A DNA stretch of 57,994 nucleotides, counting the filler, from Sphacelaria rigidula (taxonomy: Eukaryota), in NCBI GenBank assembly GCA_964200075.2. It is 6 parts of 6 records of this genome, joined end to end, with 100 filler letters (N's around TTAATTAATTAA, not from the genome) between each part and the next. Parts side by side here need not be neighbours in the genome. Positions count along the whole stretch, not along the records: positions 1 to 9,583 come from CAXNAA020008159.1; positions 9,684 to 19,266 come from CAXNAA020008160.1; 4 more parts are not named here. One strand, written 5' to 3'. Below are positions 1 to 12,131 of this stretch, one piece after another (position 1 is the stretch's first letter; every line of letters begins with the position of its first letter). The notes beneath the pieces are model-generated. The model searched no databases and was not told the origin of the DNA. It saw only the letters and a program-made list of their open reading frames with translations. The position numbers and the translations under genes were made by a program.

Positions 1-1435
1 AACCACTAACCCCAAATGTACAGCTTTCACAGAACCGACCATGGCCTGTGACCACCGCCCTTACGCCCCCCTCTCCTCGGGCCCCGCGAAATGACGGCTC
101 AACGACCGCGCGCTTCGTGGCATTAAAACCGGTACATACGGTTGAGGTCGCCCACATCCTTTTCTTGTATCCTCCCTCTGCCTGTTCGTGATACCAACCT
201 GAAACCATTCGTCGCTGCTGAAATAACATGGCAAACAGATGAACACAACTCGGACAGAACGTTGGGAACCATTCACCAAACTCCGTACAGGGCGGTTTTA
301 ATTCTTGCGATACTCGTCGGTGAGAAAGTCTTACTAGTAAAACAAGCCACTTAACTTTCAACAGCGGAACAAATCGTTCGATTCCAACAGTGCCACATCA
401 CAATCGAGGCACAGACGTCTCCAGATCTGCAAGCGACGCCGCCATCTGCTCCTCCCCCTCGAAACGCTCTGCCATCACGCACGCCTCCTCGCCGAGGTAT
501 CATATACGATTATGGGCACAATAACTGTATGCCTCCGCCTGTGCAGAAGGCAGACCTATAAAAGCAAGCAATTTTTGCTGAAAAAAAACGTGAATGCTCA
601 CAAGCTTTGACTTGTGAAAACATCAACACCACAGCCGGCGTAAGACAAGTATGAATCTCTTTAAAGCACTATGTTTTACTCAACAGTACCAGACGGTCAA
701 AGTTTCCCAGATATTATACACGTGGTACGTGTAGGGTCCGCATCTCTGCTGCATACCGTGCCCCTCTGCGATTTCGTGCAATTTTGCTCTCGTTGTGTTC
801 ACGGTTCACCTAGCTAAGGAATACATCGCGACGTCCACAATTCCCCTCTGCCGGAAAAGCTACACGCACCGCGGCACGACAGCATATTCGAACGTCTCTC
901 CAATAACCGTATTCTGCGTCTATGGTCACCAAGATCTCCACAAGGTTCAAATATACAGAAACATGATAGAAAAAACAATATATGAATCACAAATGCACGG
1001 TTAGTCCTGCCTCTAACCCATACGTTGTTCGTCAACCAACACTCTCAAGAGACACCACCCTGGACAAATCGCCCAGCCCAGGAGCTGATGATCACTTCCC
1101 CTTCCCCCCGGCAACCAAAAAAATCGATATCATGCTATTGTTATTCCTTCCTCTGTACATGCCACGCCCAGGCAGTCTCTGCCACATTCCATCGCCACTT
1201 CAACTTGGATATGTCACAAGCTCCCCCGATCCCCCGTCACGATACGTCATCATTATAACTCTTTTTTTTTTTTTCGGCATGGGTTACCCAGCAGTAGCGA
1301 TTACCTTGAAATGTCTACTCCTCAAAATTTGTTGTACGGCAAAGCGTGCACACTGCTAGCCTGCCTTCCCTACCCCCGCCGCCATCGAGAAAAACTGCAC
1401 CCCCCCCAGCCCCCGCCACTCCACGTTCTTCACAC

Positions 1436-2194
1436 CTAGCTCGGCTCACTCATCTTCTCCGCGGCCGAAGTCAAACTAGCCAAGCCAGACATGCCACCGC
1501 CCAAGCGCGCGGCGGCGGCAGCCCACCCGTTGAGCTCTCTTTTCGGTTCTTCTGCTGTCGTTGCCCTATTTCTGAATGGCAGGCCCTCAAGGCCCCTAAT
1601 TCCACTGTCCTCCTCTGATGCTATGCGCCGCGGCATTGCTTCCTGTGGTACATCTGGACAAGCCAAGAATTTCGCCGGTCGTGCATCTCCGGGGTGTGTC
1701 GGGTCGCGGTTAGGACTGTAGGCAGACGAGGCGGCGACCATAGGGCTTTGTGCTGCTGGCATCTGTTCGCTGCCGAGATGCAGCGCACAGGTTGGGGTCG
1801 AAACGGAAGGGTAGTTGCACGGGCTCGCTGCGCGTTCTCCGGTATTCCCAGCCCACGTCACCCCATTGCCTCCGTCGTCGTCACACTCCATCATGTTTCT
1901 GTTCTCATTGTGGGCTTTATCGCTGGGGCGGTCTTGTTCATCACGAAGCGATGGGGTATGATCTACAGCCGTCCATCCACCATCCTTCCGCCCGGCATTG
2001 CTATCGTGCTTCTGCGGCATCATTGTTGGGCTCTGGTCGGACACGACCGTTTCTCCTCGCCAGCTCACCGTTGTGTCGGGGGTGACGATAGCGTTGAAGG
2101 AATGCGGGGATACACGGGGGGACTCGTCACTGCTGCTGGTGTACGGCAGGCAGCCACTCGCGGGGATCAGCTTGTCGGCGCCGCCGGATTGCTG
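1436..2194 (-). CDS. Probable terminal exon of JmjC-like (RSBN1/DPY-21-like) protein; disordered C-terminus
   Basis: Open frame 1436..2200; acceptor tctctatgcag| (NAGNAG, start 2194 or 2191) is phase 0, matching the donor at 2485; stop at 1436 (an alternative GTGAGC donor lies just before it). Confidence 0.65.
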   Translation of the reverse strand, partial: QQSGGADKLIPASGCLPYTSSSDESPRVSPHSFNAIVTPDTTVSWRGETVVSDQSPTMMPQKHDSNAGRKDGGWTAVDHTPSLRDEQDRPSDKAHNENRNMMECDDDGGNGVTWAGNTGERAASPCNYPSVSTPTCALHLGSEQMPAAQSPMVAASSAYSPNRDPTHPGDARPAKFLACPDVPQEAMPRRIASEEDSGIRGLEGLPFRNRATTAEEPKRELNGWAAAAARLGGGMSGLASLTSAAEKMSEPS

Positions 2195-2484
2195 CTGCAT
2201 AGAGACACCGCCCGTAAATTCTTGGTTACTCTGCTCGACATCAAGCGCGGATCCGGGCAGGCGATAGGTAAATGGAGAGCGTCAGTATGCGGAGTGCGAG
2301 TTTAGACCGGAAGTCCAGGTTTTCATAACCACGCTGGATGAGAAAACGGGAAACCTGTGCGCTTTTACTTCCAAGAGTCCCGGGACCCACGCGCTCGGAA
2401 TTATACAAATAATTGTGACGTGGGTCACCATAAAAATATAAAGAACCAATTGTAAACACACCGCACAGCAACACGCCCACCCAC

Positions 2485-3575
2485 CTCCCACACACGACGC
2501 AACCCTCCAGCCTCTCCGACTCGAGCATTTCTGTTTATGAACAAGCCCTGGCTTCCCGCGCCAGATCTTGAGGCTCGATCATTGTCGCCTTCATTCCCGC
2601 CATATCGTCGATCGGCCTCATCCCTATCCCGTGTTGTCTGGTGCTCCTCATCCATCGGGACGAAAACTGAGAAACCGTTATCGTGGACGCCGCTGCTGTT
2701 CACTTGGGCACCGCCGCTTCGCCCTCCCTCTTGGGAAACGGCCGCCGGTGCCATCACAGCGGCAGCGTTCGATGGCGACCGGGACTCGCGGCTCTTATCG
2801 TCGGTCTTGGAGAATTTGGTGCTCGGCCCTCCTTCCCGTCCTCCCTTGTTACCGTTCTCAAAGTCCGCGAGCCTCCGTTTTTTTGCAGGCAGCGACCGCC
2901 GGACCTTAGTCGAATCTCGCGAAGGAGCCGGCGCCGGCGCCGGCGCCTTAGTGGCTTCCCGCCGGGTAGCGCTGCCACTTGCAGGGGACGACTCCGGTGA
3001 CCGCCGCCGCCTAGCATCGTCATTCTTCTTCTCGCTGCTACGGCTCCGCTCACGGCTCCGGTCGCGCCTGCCGCCACCACTCCCCGGCCGCCGTTGCTTT
3101 GTGCCTGTAGACGCCGCCATACGTTCTGCGTCCCGCTCTCTCTGCCCGCGAACGTTATGCCGGGCGCCACCCTCCGTCCGTCTGCGCGGCGCCTCGTCTT
3201 CTGGGGGGGGCTTCCAGGCGAGGCGTCCTGAGCTGTCGCCATGGTGGTCTCTGCCGGCGCCACTGCCTGTTCTTTCCGCATCCCAGGAAAGCACAGTTTC
3301 GGCGGATGCAAAGGCTTCTGTTGGAGAATGCTGCACGCCTTCGAGCACCCGGCATGATAGGGGCTTGGCGGAGTCACCGTTGGCGGAGCGGCCAGCGCGG
3401 ACGGCAGGAGCGGATGCATTTTGAATGGCAGTACCTTCATAAGCACCCCCATCGTCTCTGACTCCTTCCTTTACCTTTCCGCCCCACTGTGGAGCAGCCA
3501 CCGGAACACGGACCCCACGCTCATCACCTGAAGCAGAAAACGTATCACCCGGTCGACCCTCGGTCGCATGTGCTC

Positions 3576-3610
<35 letters not shown>

Positions 3611-5295
3611 CCATTAATCTCACTCGATTTGGAGTTCCTGGGGTAAGGAAGGTCTGGCACTCTGGATGGCAGCTTCTCGTTGGAGACGCGGTGGCCGCCC
3701 TTGCCGGCCTCAATGCGAGTATCTTCATTCAACCAGTCATCGTGCCACTGGCGCTCCTTGGTCTCGGTCGAGCGCGCGGGCGGGCTACGGTCTGCGGCGC
3801 GGCGGCCGCGTCCGGATCCCTCATCGACATCACCTCTCCGATCCTCTCGATCAAACAAATTTACATGCCGCAGCTCACCAGAGGCGCTTCCGTCACGTCG
3901 TCCGCGCCCTGGCTCGATTGGATCGTGGTCCTCCTGCAGAACACTGTTGCCTACGTGCCAGCTCTCAAAGGCGCTTCGCTTAGTGTGCGTACGACTGCCG
4001 CTCCGGTTGTCATCACGCGACACCTCATGGCGGCCATTCCTGCGGCGACCTTCGTCGGCGTAACGGTCGGCATCACCGACCCAGTGGCTGCCATTGCTGC
4101 TACAGTTGACAATTCGCTCTTGGTTGCCATCTCTGGCTCGATCACCCCGCCGCTCCTGCTCACAATACGATCTGGGCTTCTCCACGTTCGTCCAGCTGCC
4201 GCTTTGGCTCCAGCCAATGTTGCTGCGAGTACCGCTGCGATCATGTTCGTGGTGGACGTATCGCCCTCCGCTCTTCCCCCACTCCTCCTCGTGCGATTTT
4301 GACCTCGTTTCTTTCCTGTGGCACTCAGGGCGTTCCTCGACATCCTTTGGTAAATTTGCTCCCTTTTCTTCCGTTGAACGCTCACCAGCTTCCGAATCAT
4401 CTCCGCGAAGGCCGCGGTGGCGGGTGTCACCAGCCTGATCACGAGGACTGCTGATCCTTTCATGGTCCCCAACCACCCCTCGCCAACCTCCCCGGAAAGA
4501 CAACGTCCCCGTTCCGCCTTCCAGCACGGAGAACCCCGACTCATTGATCCCACTCCTTTGCGAACCCTGCACGGCACAGCGGGGAAAGCCATCAGGACTT
4601 CGCGATCGGAGCACATCTCCGCTCATCTCAGCGACCGGCGACGGACGAGGGGACAGGGCCCCAGGAGACTTCTTAGGTATCCGGTAGTCTTTGTTGATCT
4701 TCAGTACTGGTACATCCTTCTTTGCATTCACAGACGGTCCCTCCCGCTTCCCCGAACTCACGCAGGAACCACCACTGCTCCCTACTGCCACTGCACGAGG
4801 CTCCCACCCTTGCGGTGAAGACCGTCCACTCTTGACATTCCCCGTGACTGTGGATGCCGCCGCCACGGCCGTCGGTGGCGGTTGCTCCGCGTGTATCTCA
4901 GCCTTTGTCCCGAGATCGGTAACCGAATCGCCAGTCGGCTTGGGGCGGAGAGCTTCAGAAGCGTTCGATCCAGCGCGGCTGCTCGTATCATCGTGTTTGC
5001 TTTTGCCCGTGGAGGTCGGCTCCAGCTTGAGACGCGGCTTTTTCCTCTTGCGAGAGGACGCCACTAACGATCTGTTGGAACTATCGCTGCCGCTATTACT
5101 GTCACTCTCGCGGCCGGGCTTCCCTGTCCCCGCTCCCTCACCGTTGCGCTTGAATTCTCCCTCTATTCTGATGGCACCACTACTTGCTGCCCCATGCCCC
5201 GTGTTTTGCGTCTCGCGCACACTCTGCGGCTGTGCCCGTGTGACCACCCCGCTTCCAAAAGCTTTACTTGTGAGGCCTTTGGGACAAGGGACGTA

Positions 5296-5355
<60 letters not shown>

Positions 5356-6744
5356 GTCGTTGTCGCCATCGCCGTCGTCATCGTCTTCACTATCGTAGAA
5401 CACACGCTTACGGCGTCGTCGAGCAACGACACCCGACGCAGACGAGGATGAGGAGGACGATAACGAAGAGGAAGAAGACGAGGAAGAAGAGGATGAGGCG
5501 GGACCTACGACATCATCACCCCGATCGCGGTTGCCATCCTTGGACACGGGGACACCGCGTCCTTCTCCGTGGCCGTCGACACCGGTATCGGCAGCGTACT
5601 TCTGCTTGACGCTGATATCCAATGCCTGGACAGGCACAGCAGAGGGGACAGTCTCGAGACCGTTGTTCACACGAGAAGACACTCCGGTAACACCTGCAGC
5701 TCCAGCGGCAGCACACGTGTCTTCGTCCGCCTTGCAGCGCAGGGCTTGCGCAGTCAACTGCTCCCACCCTATCCGTGCTGGCTTGCGCACAACGTTCGCC
5801 CGGCGCACAATTTGCTTACGAAGGACATCCCGCACACGTTCCCCCTCCCCTTCTCCTTCCCCTCTTGCATTTTCCACAACTTTCCGCTTTCCTCCCGGTG
5901 TCACCTCATCAGGGCCTCCGCTGCCGCTAGCACCCGGGACGCCACTACTTGCATCAAAATCACCACTAGTCACAGTGCCAGCCCTTACCACAACACGATC
6001 ACAGTTACGCACCGGGGCAGCAGCAGAGGAATTTGTGACAGAACCCGCGACAGATGAACAGGACGTGGACCCAGAAGCATGGAGGGTAGCGGCGGCGGCG
6101 GCTCCCACGGGGGGATAAACACCGGCAGGTACCGAAAGAGACGGAGGGTACGTTGGCCTACTGTTGCTCGTAGAACCACCGGCGGTAGCAGGAGCGCGCA
6201 TGACAGCGGGCCGCTGCGACGGCAGGTCGTTGCTGGCAATCGCCGGCCGACTAAACGCGACCCCGTCGCCGCCGCCGCTGGCGCCGGCGGAAGGGGCTAT
6301 CGAGGACACCCCCGCGGCTTTGGTTGCTGTGCTGAATCCCGACCTCGGCGCGGTGTACATATAGTAGTCGCGAGGATCGCGGACGCACAGGAAGCATTTG
6401 CTGACAGCGGGCGACAACTTCAGCTCAGAAGCTTTCTTTGCGGCTGCCGCTTCATGGCGAGGGACGCTGTTGCCGCCGGGAGGCATGAGTCCAGGTGCTA
6501 CTGTTGTTGCTGCTGCCGCCCCGGCCGGTTTCTTGGTGCTATCCGCCGCGATGGAGGATTGTCGGCGTCGCCGGCGCTTGAGCAGTATCCGGTGGACCAG
6601 GGCACGCTTGATGATGTGCGCGGCGTGGCGCTCCAGCATGGGGTCGGGGGGCGCATGCTCGATGGCGCTCTGCGAGCGGTCCGTGTCGGCGCCCAGCACG
6701 GCCTCGGCTTCCCCTGCGCTTTTTTCGGCCATTGCCATCGCCAC
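2485..6744 (-). CDS. Giant 4260-bp exon (1420 codons) of JmjC-like protein; low-complexity region with poly-Asp, poly-Ser, RS-like and basic NLS-like tracts
   Basis: Uninterrupted ORF; acceptor tggcag|GTGGCG at 6744, donor GAG|gtgggt at 2485, both phase 0. Confidence 0.85.
5296..5353. repeat. (GTC)n microsatellite encoding poly-Asp on the minus strand
   Basis: About 19 perfect GTC units inside the giant exon. Confidence 0.95.
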
Positions 6745-7773
6745 CTGCCATATGGGGAAATGTTGGAGAGAAGCAAATCACGATTCATTGATTCACTGAT
6801 TGATCGATTGATGTTCTCTGGTCCGGTTTGAATTCGTCTGGTTCGAATCCGGCAGCAGTCATATGCATGGGCAGCGGGAAACAGACGAAGACAAACACGG
6901 GCAGGTCAGCTGATTTGATCAGACATACCGTGTAGAGTATTCGCCCTCACGTTCTACCAAAGGTACAACCGAGTGTGGCCACGGTTTACGGCATAGAAAC
7001 GCGAACTTCCAGCAGCACTGCCGTGTTTTCGTGCAGGCATGAAGTGAAAGGTCAGGCGACTGTTGGCCTTTGGTTATTTCCTGTCGCAACCATTTGCTAG
7101 AGAAACTCAACAGCCGACAGTCCCCAATCGAGAAATAAGCACCACAAATAGCACCAACGGAAGACGGGAGTCACGCAACCCCCCCCCCCAATGAACCAGA
7201 GCATTGGCACGCATTCTCAACATAGGTACTTGGGTATGTACATAGAAACGAAAAGTAACCCTAACGGCAACCCACACCCGAGTCACGCCGAATATCTCGT
7301 GCAAAGGACCGTTACATGGGGTGGTGCCCTGGGCGAAGTATGCGGTGGCCGGGTTCAAACCGATTGAGACTGCCGCTCCCGTTTTACTCCTCTGACGGCC
7401 AGGGCACGTATTCTGTTGAATCGCCATCACCTCCACTTGCAAAAAAAAGCAATACAGGGCCCAGACGACTCACCCACCCTGGCGGTCATAAAGGGTTCAT
7501 GGCTCGAACCTCGCTGTTTACTCTGAATCAGAGCAAAACACCCACGGGCCTTTTCCGACCATGAATCAACCAACGGAAAGCTTACTGGTGTGTGCATTTC
7601 ATGCGGTTTCAGCGAAATTCCACACCCTGGATGATGACACTATATGGCCAATAGTTGCGATAAACAATTCCGGTGCGACCCCGTAGTCTAAGGGGATTAG
7701 CTCCTCCTCCTCCTCTCTGTGTCCGTCTCTCAGACACACAGTAGTGCGACACATGCACGAAACACGCACACAC

Positions 7774-7965
7774 CTTACAGTTGGCAGGGTGTGGCATGAT
7801 GTTCCACGCCACGCTGAGACAGGGGACGACGTTCATGAACTCGTGCAGGGAGCCCGACGGTACGAGGTAGGCGTCGCCTTGACGGATAGGAAACGTGCGG
7901 AACCGCACCCCCGCGTTACGGAGGCGTGTTCGCAGGGTCATGTCATCATCGATGCGGTTGTTCAC
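7774..7965 (-). CDS. Exon encoding C-terminal half of a JmjC/cupin domain (RSBN1/DPY-21-like)
   Basis: VNNRIDDDMTLRTRLRNAGVRFRTFPIRQGDAYLVPSGSLHEFMNVVPCLSVAWNI has the JmjC pattern QxxGDxxxVPxGxxHxxxN...SVAW; acceptor cgcacag| and donor AAG|gtgtgt, phase 0 (in-frame alternative acceptor at 8067). Confidence 0.85.
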
Positions 7966-8762
7966 CTGTGCGTACCACGACAACAATGAATAGACGACGG
8001 ATGGATGGATTATTTCTTGTACTTGTCGCACGTCAACCTCAACCCTTTGACCGCGAGGGTAGGTCACCTGCTGAATCGGCATCATTTTTTCACTTGAAAG
8101 AAGTTTGCATGATCCAGATGGACTACCCGAACCGCGGTCTACGGGTTAACTGATCCGCTATTAGTCTAGCCGTGGTCATCAGATACAACATGCACGAATG
8201 CGTTTGAATGGAATATGAACAAGAGGAGCATCAACCTGACCACAAAGCTCGGGTCGAACCACGGAGTCTACAATTTTGTGAGGTCTGATTACTCTAAAAA
8301 AGAGCAAAAAAAAATGACCACGAGTCGATAAAAGGTACCCCTCTACATACAAAAATGTTGCGCTATTCTACGTGCCTGGGATGCGCGCACCTGCGATGCA
8401 GTGCAACGCTGAAAACAGAGCTCAAGGATTGATTTATACGGTGCGAAAAAATTACCCTACAAGCCAACAAAAAAGTCAGTCGTTTTTTTTTCTTGTTTTG
8501 TCTGGCCCGCACAAGATTCAAGACACGTGAAGGAATCTGAGGTTTGTGCTGACGGATGACAAAATATTGGAATGGGAAGAGTTCTAGATCGGGGGCGGGG
8601 CCGTGAGTCGCCGTGTCTTTCACACGAGGTCAGTCGCTCACTGAGACAGGCACATAAGCTGCAGCGCGAGCAAGCCTCGAAAAAGCAATAGATTGTACGG
8701 TACAAGTACATGACCAGCACTAGTGTTGTATTCTCCGAACTTGAGCAAATTTTGAACACATG

Positions 8763-9023
8763 CAAGGGTCGGACGAATTGATGATTCGTCTGGAAATTAC
8801 TTGATTTCAGTTTGGTTTATTCATACTGTACGAATCAACCCCTGGGCTTTGTTTTCAGCGTTGTAACCCGAGTACGTGCAGCACAGGCACGTCGAATGGC
8901 GTAAAAATTGCGTGGAGACCTTTTTGACCAGCGGTCAACTTTTTTCTTCTCTTTGTTGAGCTATCAGGCCTGAAAACGCGTGGAATTGGTGATTCGAACC
9001 GGCGATGATCCGTCCGAACCGTC
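8763..9023. mobile_element. Non-autonomous hAT-type element (family A) in intron
   Basis: Imperfect TIRs (CAAGGGTCGGACGAAT / ATCCGTCCGAACCGTC); perfect 8-bp TSD AACACATG at 8755-8762 and 9024-9031; reverse-complement homolog of 25236-25485. An older diverged copy lies at about 8250-8450. Confidence 0.75.
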
Positions 9024-9077
9024 AACACATGTACCGCATCAACACAATTAGCGACCACCACAGCAACGATAACTCAC

Positions 9078-9217
9078 CACATAGCTCGACCCGCCAGGCT
9101 TGGCGAAAGATTTAAACTTAGCAACGGCCAGAGCAGTGGCGCAGTCTTGCGTTTCGAATGCCGTCACACTCTTCTCCCCAGCCTTTACGCCTCCTATCGC
9201 GGTGAATGACCCCATGC
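9078..9217 (-). CDS. Exon of JmjC-like domain (MGSFTAIGGVKAGEKSVTAF...)
   Basis: Acceptor tatgcag| at 9217, canonical donor GTG|gtgagt at 9078; ends in phase 0 matching the next exon; JmjC-like GxK beta strand. Confidence 0.8.
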
Positions 9218-9416
9218 CTGCATACGAACATGAGATGAAAAAAATAGCAAAATAACAGAAACCAAAAAACGGCGAAAAAAAAAGAAGCTTGAACGTCCAC
9301 AATTGTCGATTGATTTTGGTTGATTGATTGTCGCATATGAACATTGACCCACTCGTTAGCCATTAGATACAAGGTAGACATGTGTGTACCCAATGAAAAT
9401 AGAGGTGAACACTCGC

Positions 9417-9530
9417 TGAGCGAAGCGAAGCCCGAGAAGGTGTGGGACGGGGTGTACTCATCATCTTGCATGTCATAGTCATATGACGATTGACCTTGCA
9501 TCTCGGCAAAGCCGGGACGGAGCACGCCGG
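9417..9530 (-). CDS. 5'-truncated exon of JmjC-like domain (...DDEYTPSHTFSGFASL)
   Basis: Open frame with C/G-ending codons; phase-1 donor either ctca|GCgagt (9417) or ttgg|GTacac (9390); the gene runs off the scaffold end. Confidence 0.55.
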
Positions 9531-9583
9531 GTTTGCCGAGATGCAAGGTCAATCGTCATATGACTATGACATGCAAGATGATG
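9459..9583. repeat. Perfect 52-bp inverted repeat at scaffold end (probable fold-back assembly artefact)
   Basis: 9459-9510 is the exact reverse complement of 9532-9583, which ends at the linker. Confidence 0.9.
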
Positions 9584-9683
9584 NNNNNNNNNNNNNNNNN
9601 NNNNNNNNNNNNNNNNNNNNNNNNNNNTTAATTAATTAANNNNNNNNNNNNNNNNNNNNNNNNNNNNNNNNNNNNNNNNNNNN
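9584..9683. other. Artificial scaffold linker
   Basis: N44-TTAATTAATTAA-N44, stop codons in all six frames. Confidence 0.98.
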
Positions 9684-9757
9684 ATCAGGCGCTGTATGGC
9701 CATTTTTTGTAACACTTTTGGGCTGATTTTGGGGGGGGGGATATCGTAGAAAGTGTC
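9684..9757. mobile_element. Right end of MITE family C (truncated by scaffold start)
   Basis: Reverse complement of 32050-32127, including the GGGGGATATCGTAGAAAGTGTC TIR. Confidence 0.7.
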
Positions 9758-10142
9758 AGTGTCGGACGAATACTCATTGCAATCAGCCCCATTTAAAGAC
9801 TGCGTTAGAACGAGTACAAGAATGTATAGCCAGCTTGTCTTCATTTCACAGGTATGATAATGATCAATTTACCATTATACTGCTTTGTAGAATATGATCT
9901 GTAGATAGCAGCACGGAGTTCGGGACAAAAGGAAAGTAAGCACCAACAAGTTTCATTATATAAGTAAAATTCTCAGTGAAACTGCATAGACTGTACTTGC
10001 GCAGGATGCCGGGAAATTCTGTTCTGTGGTCTCGGACCGAAGCCGAGTTGTATTTTTGTTTTCAATTCGAGGATACATTATTTGTATACTGCGATACACT
10101 GAAGGAAGTAGATAAATCAGTTGTCACTCACTCTATCATATA

Positions 10143-10706
10143 CCACTCTGTCCGCAAATATAGCTGGGATTTGAAGTGACGGGAACATAGGCGGGATACG
10201 TACAAAACTGCTGTTTGTGACCCTACAGGCTGTTCCGGAGGTCCCCACGTGGTTTCGAAAACATTACCTCATACAAGGGGGAGATGGAAGTTTTTTCCCC
10301 CGGGTTACACGGGGATATTTGGATGCCATCCCCGGTTCTCACAAAAAATTCAGGAAATTTTGCCAAGTTTTCACGTTTCACATTTGCTCTGCAATCGCTG
10401 CCCTTTTCTCAGAAGTTGTGAGTTTATTTCTTTTGACAGTCCCGCCGACGTTGCCAGACGCTGACATTATCAGGAGGGTAACTAGAAGGGCACGAAACAG
10501 GAATTTCTTTTCTCCAGCTCTGATTGCTGCTACGTTGCGCTGAGAAAGTCAGTGCTGACCCGTGACCTCCGCGAACGGTGCGGTTTAGGAGCTTTCGGGG
10601 ACATCGTGGGGGTTCCGGCAAAAAAAGTTGCTTTCAAAAATACGTCAATCGTCACAAGTTATGCCGCTAAAACCTCAAATCCCAGCTATATTTCTGGATA
10701 GAGTGG
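10143..10706. mobile_element. Tc1/mariner-type (Stowaway-like) non-autonomous element
   Basis: About 32-bp TIRs CCACTCTGTCCGCAAATATAGCTGGGATTTGA / TCAAATCCCAGCTATATTTCTGGATAGAGTGG flanked by TA on both sides. Confidence 0.8.
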
Positions 10707-10756
10707 TAAATGCTTCAAGTGAAAATCGATTATTTCGTGAGTAAAGAAAATTCAAT

Positions 10757-10968
10757 TCAAATATCGACGAGATGAAGAGAGGGACGGCCGGACCCTTCTA
10801 GCGATAAAAAAATGAGGGAAGCACCGCAGACGGAAGGTGGAGAAGAAAAGAAAAAAATGCCTGACCTTCCTCCTGTGCGACCTTGGTTATTGCGTCCACG
10901 TACAGCGGAAGGCATATAGGCGTCTGGAGTAGTAATGGGATGGAGACACACACATATACACACACACT
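10757..10968 (+). mobile_element. 3' portion of tRNA-derived SINE family 1 with (CA)n tail
   Basis: Homologous to reverse complement of 31017-31240 (AAGCACCGCA..GGAAGG..TGACCTTCCTCCTGTG..GATGG..CACACAC). Confidence 0.7.
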
Positions 10969-11077
10969 TGGTTGCACCATGACGCGTACGCAGCATGTGC
11001 TTCGAAGTGCTTCGTGGACACTTCTCATCTTGAACATATGGTATCACCAGCACATCACTACAGCGACACGACCTACC

Positions 11078-11825
11078 GGCGAGTTCCCTGAGGTCGTACT
11101 CTGGAGCAGGAGCATCTTCCCGGGGACTTATTTCGGGGCTCTGCTCAGTCACATGGACATCTTCATCAATACTCGACGCACGCGAAGCTCTCCCTGCATC
11201 TCCGCCGTCCGCGCCTCCATTCGCCCGTTTCTCTCTCGCCGCGAGCTCAGTAGCGTCGCCTCCTCGTCCTGTGTCCTCTGCCGGTGCTGCTGCACCCTCG
11301 GGCCTGTGCATTGTGCGTGAGCACCGGCAGGCACACGGTCCGTGCACTAGCTTTGGGTCACAGCTCCTGCCGGCCGTATTTTCTCGGTATAAAAGTCATG
11401 GAGAAATTCCGTGAGTAGTGAGTAGGGTACGCCTATTCTTCTTTCAACAGGCCAAGGCTCGCCGGTATTTGTTGGCCGAGATCCAATCCCTGCGCAGCAA
11501 CTCCCGCCTAAAAAGAGTGTGGTGCAGGAAAGGTTTTCGAACTTGCACCAGATACGCGTACTGCAGTGTATAACCAGAAGCTCCAGAAGCGTGCTGAGTG
11601 TATGTCCGTTGTTTTCTGAGGTTCCTGCTGAAAGACTATTCGGTTTTTGTCTCTCCATCTACGCAAAATCCGTACATCAAACGGCGGATCCCTCTCATGA
11701 TGATGTACTGTACTGCACAGACTTTTTTGTACGCCCCATCTCCCAGAAGTGAAGAGCAAAATGAAGATTCGGTCAACATCAGTCAAGCCCGCAAGATTTT
11801 CGAACCAGTCGTCGAACCGTAGCAT
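11078..11825 (-). other. Possible 5' exons of an unidentified gene divergent from 12132
   Basis: ORF from ATG 11825 (MLRFDDWFEN...) and a G/A/E-rich frame 11078-11366 ending at G|gtaggt; no consistent splice phase or domain found. Confidence 0.2.
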
Positions 11826-12131
11826 ATTCCGCCGTAATATATTCCACAGAAAAAAAAACACGGTTTCGCCTACACCTAATAATCAAGATACTCAGCGTCA
11901 TGCCACAACCTCAAGGACGCACGTGTCAGGCGTGGCCGCCGTTATCTCAGCGCGAAACGCGTGGAGCTGGGGTACTTACAAGCAGTTTCATTCCGTACCA
12001 AGCACAGTCGTGGTTTCACGTGGCCAATCTTACTCTCTTTTGTCTCACGCGTTCGAGCACAGCTCGGAAATTGGCACGCTGAGTCGGCAAACACGTAGAG
12101 ACCGCTGGTGCAGGGAAGGGGAGACGCGCGC

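Noticed and set aside
1694-6831. Many 100-295-aa plus-strand and alternate-frame ORFs
   Set aside because: Shadow ORFs of the GC-rich minus-strand coding exons; no domains.
9459-9583. Perfect 52-bp-arm hairpin resembling a pre-miRNA or hairpin telomere
   Set aside because: Zero mismatches, duplicates coding sequence, ends exactly at the scaffold end and starts from a small natural CCGG stem; typical of a fold-back library chimera.
9530-11825. Minus-strand ORFs at 11.0-11.8 kb as the missing 5' end of the JmjC gene
   Set aside because: They lie across an artificial linker on a different scaffold.
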